Assembly (NCBI GenBank): GCA_023229725.1
Contig: JALNYR010000003.1
Coordinates: forward strand, 1 to 40,747
Source: Dehalococcoidia bacterium
GTDB lineage: Bacteria > Chloroflexota > Dehalococcoidia > GIF9 > AB-539-J10
Direction of reading: 5' to 3'
Length of the DNA: 40,747 nucleotides
Position 1 is the first letter of the stretch, and each line of letters opens with the position of its first letter. The position numbers and the translations under genes were made by a program. This document shows, piece by piece, positions 33,996 to 40,747 of the stretch. Under the pieces are notes generated by a model that was not told the DNA's origin, did not search any database, and saw only the letters and a list, made by a program, of their open reading frames with translations.

Positions 33996-36592
33996 TAGTA
34001 CCCCCTCCCGCGCTTGCGCGTCTCCCAGAGCGTGTTGATCTCACGCGCCAGAGACTCGACGCGCTGCGGGCTATCCACGTTGATCGTCGCGCCGTCGAAC
34101 AGGCCCCGCATATCCGTGGCGTAGGTCGTGCCGCCCGCGCCGGCCATCGCCAGTTGCGGACCCTGAAGTGCCGCGATGATTCCCTTTCCGATACCGGATA
34201 GGTTCGCCTGCGTCAACGGAATGACCGCCTCGTGGACGCCGGTATCGCCAAGGCGGGCCATGAGCTCTCGTGTTGCGATTCCGCCGTGCGCGAAGCCCGT
34301 GATGGCTAGGGCCGCGCCCCCCGCAGCATAGGCACCAGACTCGGCAAACTTCGGCAGAGCGAGCGGACTCAGCGCGAACGTGAGCGCGATCGCTTCGGCG
34401 AGAGATGCCGCCGCCTTCAAGAACAGCTCTTCCTTGAGCGCCTTGAGGACGTTCTTCACGGTCTCTTTGAGTAGCTCCCAGGTGCTCTTCTTCGTCTCTT
34501 CGTAGGCGGTCTTCTCGGCTTCAAGAGCCGCTTGCGTCTGTGTCTTGGCGGCTTCCTCCGCAGACACGTAGTCATCCAGAATGCGCTGGTGCTCCGCGTT
34601 GTACTGCTCTTGCGTGATGATCTTGTCGTTGAGTTGCTGTTCTAGATTCGCCACGTCCTGATCGCGCAACGCGGCGAGTTCCTCAATCCGCGTCTTCTCG
34701 TCGGCGTTGATGTCTCCGAGGCGGTCCTGGTACTCCTGTTCGGCGTTACCCTGATCGATGAATGCCTGCGTGATCCCCTGGAAGACGTTTGTCAGCGCGC
34801 TCTTCAACTCATCACCGAGTTTGGTGAACTCCTCAGTGATGGCCCCAGTCTTCTCGTCTACGGTCTTCTGCGTGATCGATAGGCTGTTCTTGAGGAATGA
34901 CGTGAACCCGTTCCACGCAGCCTGGCGTCTTGCGAGGCGCTCCGCTTCTTCCACCGCCCGCTTCTCATCCGCCGCGGCCTGCATGTCTTGTAGGCCAGAG
35001 ACGTAGGTGATATCCGCCGCGATGCCTGACGTGATCCCCGTGGGACTCGTCATAGAGGTGTTGAGCGTTATCCCGCCTTCCTCCATCGTGGCAACGGATC
35101 CGATCAGCCCAGCGTTGCGCCCGATAGAGGTCCTCGATGCCTCTACCATCGAGGCGGCGGCGTCTTCGTTCGCTTTCTGCACGGCCTTGATCTCTTCGGC
35201 CCACTCATGGACGATGCGTTTCACCGCCGCGAACTCCCGCGCGCGCGCAATCGCCGATGCGATGGCCCCGCCAAGAAGCGCAGCAGCCCCCGCCGCTAGT
35301 TGGAACGCAGCCGTGATTGGGTTGAAGGTCGCTATCCAGTTATACGCCTGGAACGCCAGGAAGCCGGCGAGAACAGCAGCGATAGCACCGACGACAAACT
35401 CCTTGTGCTCTGCAATCCAGACAAACGTCTCAGCGATACCCTTCGTCAGGACAGTGAAGAAGCTCCCAATGGCCGCTTCATTCTCCCCGAACGTAGTTAT
35501 CAGGTCTTCCAGGGCCGGGAGCAACGCTTCTCCCACATCCTGTTTTAGGTTAGTGAATCGATTACCGAGAGTCTCGAGGCGCGTCGATAGCGTGTCCGAC
35601 TTGGTATTGAAATCATCCTGTAGGTCCCTAGCCGTTACATACTCTCCATTTGCGAGCGCCACAGCTTCCTCAACGCGCCCCCAGTTTTGCCCAAGGATCT
35701 CCACTTTAGAAGCAGACTCCCCGAGCGCTTGCCTCAAGATGTCCCCGTTATCTCCCCCATCAGCTATCTTCTGGGCGATGTCTCCGAGAAGCCCGACGAA
35801 GTTGTTGTCTCGCATCGTTACGAACTCGTCATTCGTGAGTCCGAGCGCGGTAGCGAACTGATCTATCTTGTCCTTGTCCTTCATCGCGGAGACGACGCTC
35901 TGAAGTTGTGACGCCGCCTCTTTCGCCGTCCCGCTGATCTCTGTGAAAGACGCGACGAGTGCGGCGATATTCGGCGCTGACACGCCCATACCAACGAAGT
36001 TGTCCGCAACCTTTTTCGTGTTCTCGATGAGGTCATCCCACGAGACCAGATGCGTTTCCGCGAGTGCGCCGACAGCAGAAGCGAACCCCTCGAAATCGAG
36101 ATCGGAGTCCGCCAAGATCTGTTTGATCTGCCCGAAGTCCTCCGCGACCTCCGCGGGCAGTTCTCCGGTAGCTACGCCGATTCTGGCCACGCTTGTAACA
36201 AACTTGTCGATCTCCGCAGAGGTGTCGATTCCCATGCGCGCCGCAGCGTTGGCAACGGTCATCAAGTCTTGCGATGTAATCGGCACCTGCTCGGACAGCT
36301 TCCGCATTGCCTCACCAACACCGCCCGCCTCACGCGGATCAATCATCGTAGCGAGTTCTGCGACCTTGGTTTCATACTCCGTTGCCTGCTGGATCGCATC
36401 TTTGATGAAGCTCTTGAACTCTCCGACGAGCTTGCCGATGGCGAATGCCCCGGCGACGCTCGCCGCAGCCTTTCCCCAAGACTGCTCGATGTTCTTGGCA
36501 GCCGTCTCGCCTTGGGTATTGACCTCCTTGAGATCAGTAAGACCCTGATTCTTGTCGATGCGGAACGACCCAAGCACCTCGAATACGTTCAT
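33995..36592 (-). CDS. Tape measure protein (865 aa)
   Basis: Long Ala-rich helical protein after the tail chaperones; TP901-like core and central hydrophobic segment. Confidence 0.92.
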   Translation of the reverse strand: MNVFEVLGSFRIDKNQGLTDLKEVNTQGETAAKNIEQSWGKAAASVAGAFAIGKLVGEFKSFIKDAIQQATEYETKVAELATMIDPREAGGVGEAMRKLSEQVPITSQDLMTVANAAARMGIDTSAEIDKFVTSVARIGVATGELPAEVAEDFGQIKQILADSDLDFEGFASAVGALAETHLVSWDDLIENTKKVADNFVGMGVSAPNIAALVASFTEISGTAKEAASQLQSVVSAMKDKDKIDQFATALGLTNDEFVTMRDNNFVGLLGDIAQKIADGGDNGDILRQALGESASKVEILGQNWGRVEEAVALANGEYVTARDLQDDFNTKSDTLSTRLETLGNRFTNLKQDVGEALLPALEDLITTFGENEAAIGSFFTVLTKGIAETFVWIAEHKEFVVGAIAAVLAGFLAFQAYNWIATFNPITAAFQLAAGAAALLGGAIASAIARAREFAAVKRIVHEWAEEIKAVQKANEDAAASMVEASRTSIGRNAGLIGSVATMEEGGITLNTSMTSPTGITSGIAADITYVSGLQDMQAAADEKRAVEEAERLARRQAAWNGFTSFLKNSLSITQKTVDEKTGAITEEFTKLGDELKSALTNVFQGITQAFIDQGNAEQEYQDRLGDINADEKTRIEELAALRDQDVANLEQQLNDKIITQEQYNAEHQRILDDYVSAEEAAKTQTQAALEAEKTAYEETKKSTWELLKETVKNVLKALKEELFLKAAASLAEAIALTFALSPLALPKFAESGAYAAGGAALAITGFAHGGIATRELMARLGDTGVHEAVIPLTQANLSGIGKGIIAALQGPQLAMAGAGGTTYATDMRGLFDGATINVDSPQRVESLAREINTLWETRKRGRGY

Positions 36593-37014
36593 CCGAGCAC
36601 CGCCGCCGCTTTCATTGCCTGCACGCCCCTGTAGCGCCGGAACGCGCCAGCCGCCGCCAGGGCATCTGCCTCAGCCGCAACCTCTCGCGCTTCGTTCAAC
36701 TCGTCCTCCGTCGCCAGCTCACTACCGACCTCATCACCCAGGCCACAAGACTCAAGGTAAGAACCGAATGTCGTGCCCTCTTCGTGCGGGGTCGTGAGGT
36801 AGGCCATGAATGCCGCCTGCCGCATCCCGCGTTCCTCGTCGCGCCGCTTCTCACGTCCAATGGCCTCCAGAGTCTCGTCTAGCCGAGCGTAAGGGATTCC
36901 GAGGATGTCTTCGTCTTTCCAGCCCGTGCGGCTTTGGACGGCCCAGACCGCGTCTTCCAGAGCGTCATCAGCTTGCCGTCTTTCGCTAGAAGGCTGGAGA
37001 ATTCGCCGAAAAAA
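36589..37014 (-). CDS. Tail assembly chaperone frameshift extension (gpGT-like, -1 frame)
   Basis: Entered through the T TTT TTC slippery site; ATGA-coupled to the TMP; TGW..EDIL.IPY.RL. Confidence 0.8.
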   Translation of the reverse strand, partial: FFRRILQPSSERRQADDALEDAVWAVQSRTGWKDEDILGIPYARLDETLEAIGREKRRDEERGMRQAAFMAYLTTPHEEGTTFGSYLESCGLGDEVGSELATEDELNEAREVAAEADALAAAGAFRRYRGVQAMKAAAVLG

Positions 37015-37370
37015 CGGGCGAAGTCCTCGTGATCCAGCAGCCCGGTGATGTACGTCGTCAGGAACCAAAGCGGGATCGTCTCCGCATCCTCAACGTCGGA
37101 CGGTTCAAGTTGCTTCGCTCCATCGAGTGGAGTCAGCGTGCCGAACGCCCATCCGAACAGATCCTCCGGCTCAGACGCGAAAACCTCGTACAACGAGCGC
37201 CCGAACTCCTCTCGCGTCAGGCCCTCCGTCGCCACGCCGGCAGCCGTCTTCCGCTGATACCCGAACCAGACGCCAAGGAGCTTCGTGAGATCCTTCGTCC
37301 CCAACCGCCGAAACTGATAGGAGCCGCGGGGTAGATCGATCCGCGGCCCCTCCCAGCCAATCGTGCTCAC
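36879..37370 (-). CDS. Tail assembly chaperone (gpG-like)
   Basis: Between tail tube and TMP; GTG start with GGAGG SD. Confidence 0.8.
   Translation of the reverse strand: MSTIGWEGPRIDLPRGSYQFRRLGTKDLTKLLGVWFGYQRKTAAGVATEGLTREEFGRSLYEVFASEPEDLFGWAFGTLTPLDGAKQLEPSDVEDAETIPLWFLTTYITGLLDHEDFARFFGEFSSLLAKDGKLMTLWKTRSGPSKAARAGKTKTSSESLTLG
37008..37014 (-). other. Programmed -1 ribosomal frameshift site T TTT TTC
   Basis: X XXY YYZ heptamer in the correct phase (CGT TTT TTC GGC shifts to TTT TTT CGG). Confidence 0.8.
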
Positions 37371-37393
37371 TTCATCAGCCTCCGTGTTGCCGC

Positions 37394-38236
37394 TTACGCC
37401 TGCGGCACCCAAATCTCGAACGGCGCATCGCTGAGGTCCAGATTCGTCCGGTCCCAGTGCGCCTCAATGGCAAGCGCGGCGACGAGGTTCTGCTTCTTCT
37501 GCAAGTTGATCGTCATGCCGCCATTCGCCAGTGCATCGCGCAAGACCCAGTAACAGGCCTTGGTCAACGCCGAAGAAGAAGGTCGCCCGACGAGCGCCCA
37601 GTCGTGGTAGTCGTCGTCATCAACGTGGTTCAACGTCAGCACGTCGAAGTTGTCCGCCGACGCGCTCGAGTCGTATGAGTACGCGACGGTGATCTCGTCG
37701 GTGTCAAGGATCGCCCCGGTGATGATCTCCGTGATCTCGCGTGTCGTGACGTTGAGGTTGTAGTCCGTTCCCGACACGGCGAGGTGAGGAATTCCCAACG
37801 CCGCGTGCGTGTAGTAGACCTTCACGGTGTTGTTGTCGATGTTCACGCCGCCGCCGGGAACGATGCCGCTCGTGAGCTCAAGCCCCGTCCCCAGGTACTC
37901 GCCCGTGACGAAGGTCCAGGTGCGGTCCGCGGACTGCAATCCGCCCATCATCAGCAAGAGGTTCTGCGTCGTGAGGACTTCCGCGAGGTTCACGGTCATC
38001 TTCGCGGCGCACCCGATGATGATGTCAAGGCCCTTGACCTTGCCGTACGAGCCATCCGCGTCAACGTCCAGGTACTCCGGCGTCACCTCGAAGACGTTGC
38101 CGCCCTTGGTGAAGCCGATCGCGCGCTCGGACCCGCCGCCCACTCCATCCACGAAGTCAACGAGCACCTTACCCGCGCCGATCACCATTCTCTGATGCGA
38201 GTTTGTGGTGATTCCGGTCTGAATCGCTACGGCCAT
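37394..38236 (-). CDS. Major tail tube protein (non-contractile), with an internal insertion
   Basis: IGAGKV...IGFTKGGNVF..TPEY.D..ADG..G.VKG; strong SD; synteny. Confidence 0.85.
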   Translation of the reverse strand: MAVAIQTGITTNSHQRMVIGAGKVLVDFVDGVGGGSERAIGFTKGGNVFEVTPEYLDVDADGSYGKVKGLDIIIGCAAKMTVNLAEVLTTQNLLLMMGGLQSADRTWTFVTGEYLGTGLELTSGIVPGGGVNIDNNTVKVYYTHAALGIPHLAVSGTDYNLNVTTREITEIITGAILDTDEITVAYSYDSSASADNFDVLTLNHVDDDDYHDWALVGRPSSSALTKACYWVLRDALANGGMTINLQKKQNLVAALAIEAHWDRTNLDLSDAPFEIWVPQA

Positions 38237-38250
38237 GTTCCTCCTCCTGG

Positions 38251-38685
38251 CTAGACGATTGCCGCTACCTGGCCCTTAGCTACGGCCAAGATCCAGAATA
38301 CGAGCGACCGCTGCCATTCCGTATGAGTGCCCGTCGGGATGTCTCCCCCGCTGAAGTAGCTGAGCGAGTAGTGAGCGTCGCCTTCGGGAGTCGTTGCCGT
38401 CCGGCCCTCAAGGAGCCGCACGATCCTGTCTGCTGCCGCGTCCACGCTGTCGGGGACATTCGAGTCGATGAAGATTTCAAGCGTGTACTCGGGCCCGGCG
38501 CACACAGCCCAGTCGTCGCCGCCTTCGGAGTTCCAAGAGAGGTCGTGGACGAAGTACAGACCATCCGGGTTCTCTGCCGCTTCACCACGAAAGAGGCGCA
38601 CAGTGCCGCCCGAGAGCGTCTTGAGCGTGGCGTCGGCGGTCAGAACATCGTAGAGGTCTGCGAGGACAGCAGCTACAGGGTCCAT
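38251..38685 (-). CDS. Tail terminator/completion protein
   Basis: LYDVLTADATL...AADRIVRLLEG pattern; position before the tail tube. Confidence 0.72.
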   Translation of the reverse strand: MDPVAAVLADLYDVLTADATLKTLSGGTVRLFRGEAAENPDGLYFVHDLSWNSEGGDDWAVCAGPEYTLEIFIDSNVPDSVDAAADRIVRLLEGRTATTPEGDAHYSLSYFSGGDIPTGTHTEWQRSLVFWILAVAKGQVAAIV

Positions 38686-39123
38686 CTACATGCCCTCCTT
38701 CTTGAGCGCCGCCGCCCAGCCCTTCTCAAAGCCCGCGTAGATCGCATCTCTGTTCTCGTCAAGGGTGCGCTTCAACCATGGACGCCCGCCCTTTGAGGCT
38801 GGCTTCTTCTCAAGGTAGAGCCCGTACTTGACGCGCGAGCCGATCGAAGCGGTGACGCTAGTTCCGTCCGTCTTGACTTCTGTCTCGACTCCGGCCGGCC
38901 CGGAGAGCGTGCCGAGGCGCACCGCAGGGAACTCGCCCGGAGCGGAGGCCGTGTACGTGCGCTGCGTCCCCGGCACGCGATACGTGCGCCCAGTTCCCGC
39001 CTGCTTGAGATTCTTGACGGTCATGCCGCGCATGTTCTCGATGCCGGCGGTCATGGCGGCTTTTCCCGCGCGCTCGAATGCGGCGGTCACGGCTGGCAGG
39101 TTCGACTTGAAGCTCACGCTCAT
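38686..39123 (-). CDS. HK97 gp10-like neck protein
   Basis: ASAPGE.PAV..GTL, VKYGLYLE and RPWLKRTL motifs. Confidence 0.8.
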   Translation of the reverse strand: MSVSFKSNLPAVTAAFERAGKAAMTAGIENMRGMTVKNLKQAGTGRTYRVPGTQRTYTASAPGEFPAVRLGTLSGPAGVETEVKTDGTSVTASIGSRVKYGLYLEKKPASKGGRPWLKRTLDENRDAIYAGFEKGWAAALKKEGM

Positions 39124-39521
39124 ACCGTCACCCCCGCAGCCGCAACGCTTGGCTCGGCCTCAACTTCCGCCGCTCCGTACTGGATCTTCTGCCGCACCTC
39201 GCGCACGAGAAGCGAGGCCTTTCCGGCAAGGCGGATAGCCTCGGGAGATGCCACGGGCTCGTAGATCCGTCCGCCGTCCGACAGCCTCACGATCCGCGTC
39301 GCCTCAAGTGAGAGTGTGTGGTGCGACCGAAACTGCACGCGGTACTCGACGTTCTTGTCAAGGGACTTGTACCGTTCGATGGCGCGCGCCGTGATCGGAA
39401 ACCAGAGCGACCAGGCTTCGGTGCCAGTCGAGGAGCGAGCAACCCCGCCTCCGCGCCTAGGCGTGGCCGCCCCGGTTTCGATCATGCACTTCTCCCAACG
39501 CCCATCGGTCGGCATCGTCAC
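39120..39521 (-). CDS. Putative head-closure (stopper) protein
   Basis: Synteny between the adaptor and gp10-like genes; size 133 aa. Confidence 0.65.
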   Translation of the reverse strand: MTMPTDGRWEKCMIETGAATPRRGGGVARSSTGTEAWSLWFPITARAIERYKSLDKNVEYRVQFRSHHTLSLEATRIVRLSDGGRIYEPVASPEAIRLAGKASLLVREVRQKIQYGAAEVEAEPSVAAAGVTV

Positions 39522-40195
39522 CCCGCGTAGTGCATCGCGTACGGATCGAGAAGGTCCATCGCTGGACGATCCCCCCAGTCAACACCCGTCACGCCAGATT
39601 CGGTCCGCGTGCTCTTGCGCCCATCTCGGTTCTCGAATCGCCACGCGACGAAGGCCAGACACCAGAGGATCACGTCATCCGGAACCGTCGCCGCCACGCG
39701 GTAGAGATCCACACGCAGCGTCGTATCGTCCGATGAAGAGCACTCGATGTTGGTCACGTTGTCGTACCGCTTGGAAAGCGTGATGACCGCGCCGCTTCTC
39801 GAGGCGGTGACGCCCGGCACACCGATCTCCGCCACGCCGCCTAGGATGTCCGAGTTGATGAGATCGACGAGCGCCTGCGCGGTGAGGTCATTCGTCGCGC
39901 CGATCGCAAACTCTCGATCGTCGGCATCCGCGTCCGACGCTTTCACCGTGAACGCGCAACCGTTGATGTCCACCTGCTGATCCGCTACCGGAGACGCAAT
40001 CGTGATCTTCGGCGTCAGATCCTCAAAGGCGTTCATCAGGTACTCGTCAGCCTTGCGTGCCGCGGCCTTCACGAGGCGTTCAAGCACGGTGTCGTAACTC
40101 GTCTCGGTCGTCTCGATGAAGAGGTAGTCTTTCACCTCGTCTTCGTACGCAGCCCAGGTGAAGGCGCTCTGCACAGGACCGGCTGGCATCGGCAC
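39518..40195 (-). CDS. Head-tail adaptor (HK97 gp6-like) with an inserted ~100-aa domain
   Basis: EVKDYL...YDTVLERLVKAA...ADEYL and VPDDV...VAWRFENR...LLDPY flank an insertion. Confidence 0.8.
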   Translation of the reverse strand: MPMPAGPVQSAFTWAAYEDEVKDYLFIETTETSYDTVLERLVKAAARKADEYLMNAFEDLTPKITIASPVADQQVDINGCAFTVKASDADADDREFAIGATNDLTAQALVDLINSDILGGVAEIGVPGVTASRSGAVITLSKRYDNVTNIECSSSDDTTLRVDLYRVAATVPDDVILWCLAFVAWRFENRDGRKSTRTESGVTGVDWGDRPAMDLLDPYAMHYAG

Positions 40196-40196
40196 G

Positions 40197-40445
40197 CTAT
40201 ACCTTCTTTCCCTTCGTCTTGGTGGTGGCGCTCTTCTTGCCTGGCGCAGTCGTTCGAGGCGACGCAACAGGCCCTACAATCGATTGCTTTTCGGGCGCAT
40301 CGTCCATGAAGCGAACCGCGCCGTGCCGCAGAAGCGAACGCATCGTTTCAATCGGCATCGCGCACTCGTACCCCGGCTGCCGAAGCTCGCCGTCCCACTT
40401 CAAGGGCCGCATGAACTTGACGCGAACGTGGCGCTCTGAGGTCAT
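40197..40445 (-). CDS. Small head-region protein (82 aa)
   Basis: VRVKF....DG....PG...L..GA domain with a basic tail; ATGA coupling. Confidence 0.7.
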   Translation of the reverse strand: MTSERHVRVKFMRPLKWDGELRQPGYECAMPIETMRSLLRHGAVRFMDDAPEKQSIVGPVASPRTTAPGKKSATTKTKGKKV

Positions 40446-40672
40446 AGGAACCTCTCAGTGGCATTCGTGAACGTCGCCGGACCGAAGTCCTTGCGCGTAG
40501 CCGTCGTCACTTCGTCGATGATGCGGACCTGCGTCTTCTTCGCATCGATGATCTCGACGGCGCTTCCGCCCTCAATCATGCGGAGCCCGTCTTCCTTCTT
40601 CACGACGAGACGCGCGCCGGCTGCGTGCCGTTTCCCGTCAACCGTCTTCGCCTTGAGGAGTTCGATCTTCAT
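40442..40672 (-). CDS. Small head-region protein (76 aa); its 5' end also appears at 1-57
   Basis: SD AAGGAGG; same small domain pattern as the 82-aa neighbour. Confidence 0.72.
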   Translation of the reverse strand: MKIELLKAKTVDGKRHAAGARLVVKKEDGLRMIEGGSAVEIIDAKKTQVRIIDEVTTATRKDFGPATFTNATERFL

Positions 40673-40741
40673 GCTCCTCCTTCAACCGGGATACGGCCCC
40701 GCCCCGAGAGACGGGGCCGCCCTGGTTCCTAGTCTCCTACC
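40616..40741. repeat. Terminal direct repeat copy 2 (assembly circularity overlap)
   Basis: Identical to 1-126; followed by AGATCG. Confidence 0.97.
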
Positions 40742-40747
40742 AGATCG

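Noticed and set aside
26161-38688. Genome-wide TAG reassignment, since several TAG stops are in frame with the next gene (26171, 31105, 33420, 38686)
   Set aside because: Other TAG-ending genes (114, 2144, 2947, 38251) are followed out of frame, core genes are full length under the standard code, and each downstream gene has its own SD.
688-40470. Numerous long plus-strand ORFs (e.g. 2917-4059, 5885-7012, 31840-32664)
   Set aside because: They are antisense shadows of GC-rich genes, with Arg-rich or low-complexity translations and no motifs.
40616-40747. Terminal repeat as a biological DTR, and the final AGATCG as phage sequence
   Set aside because: The repeat is k-mer-sized and cuts through a gene, which fits an assembly overlap. 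AGATCG departs from the start copy and matches the beginning of the Illumina adapter.

Overview
This window is an apparently complete, circularly permuted genome of a GC-rich siphovirus-type tailed phage. The unit length is 40,615 bp: 1-126 repeats at 40616-40741, followed by an AGATCG adapter-like remnant. All credible genes are on the minus strand. In transcription order they are: (i) an early region from a near-consensus sigma70 promoter at ~25.4 kb, with a Cas4/RecB-like nuclease, RecT, a Prim-Pol/helicase/wHTH replicase, an SF2 helicase-N4/N6 methyltransferase fusion, a GTAA-rich candidate origin, a leaderless HTH gene and ~20 small coupled ORFs; (ii) terS, a C5 methyltransferase split across two overlapping frames, and terL; (iii) a self-promoted cassette between terL and portal, with an unannotated Arc/RHH gene, four small ORFs and a ~390-nt densely base-paired non-coding element ending in a terminator; (iv) a portal-MuF fusion, HK97 protease and capsid, and decoration-like proteins; (v) head-tail genes, tail tube, tail chaperone with a -1 frameshift, tape measure, a Dit apparently split across genes, fibre/spike and Tal; (vi) a holin module with no recognisable endolysin. 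I found no integrase, CI-type repressor, tRNA or CRISPR array. The best candidates for something new are the structured RNA cassette in the packaging module, the dual-frame methyltransferase, the origin/HTH replication-control unit and the endolysin-free lysis module. All product calls come from motifs read by eye and from synteny; no database searches were run.
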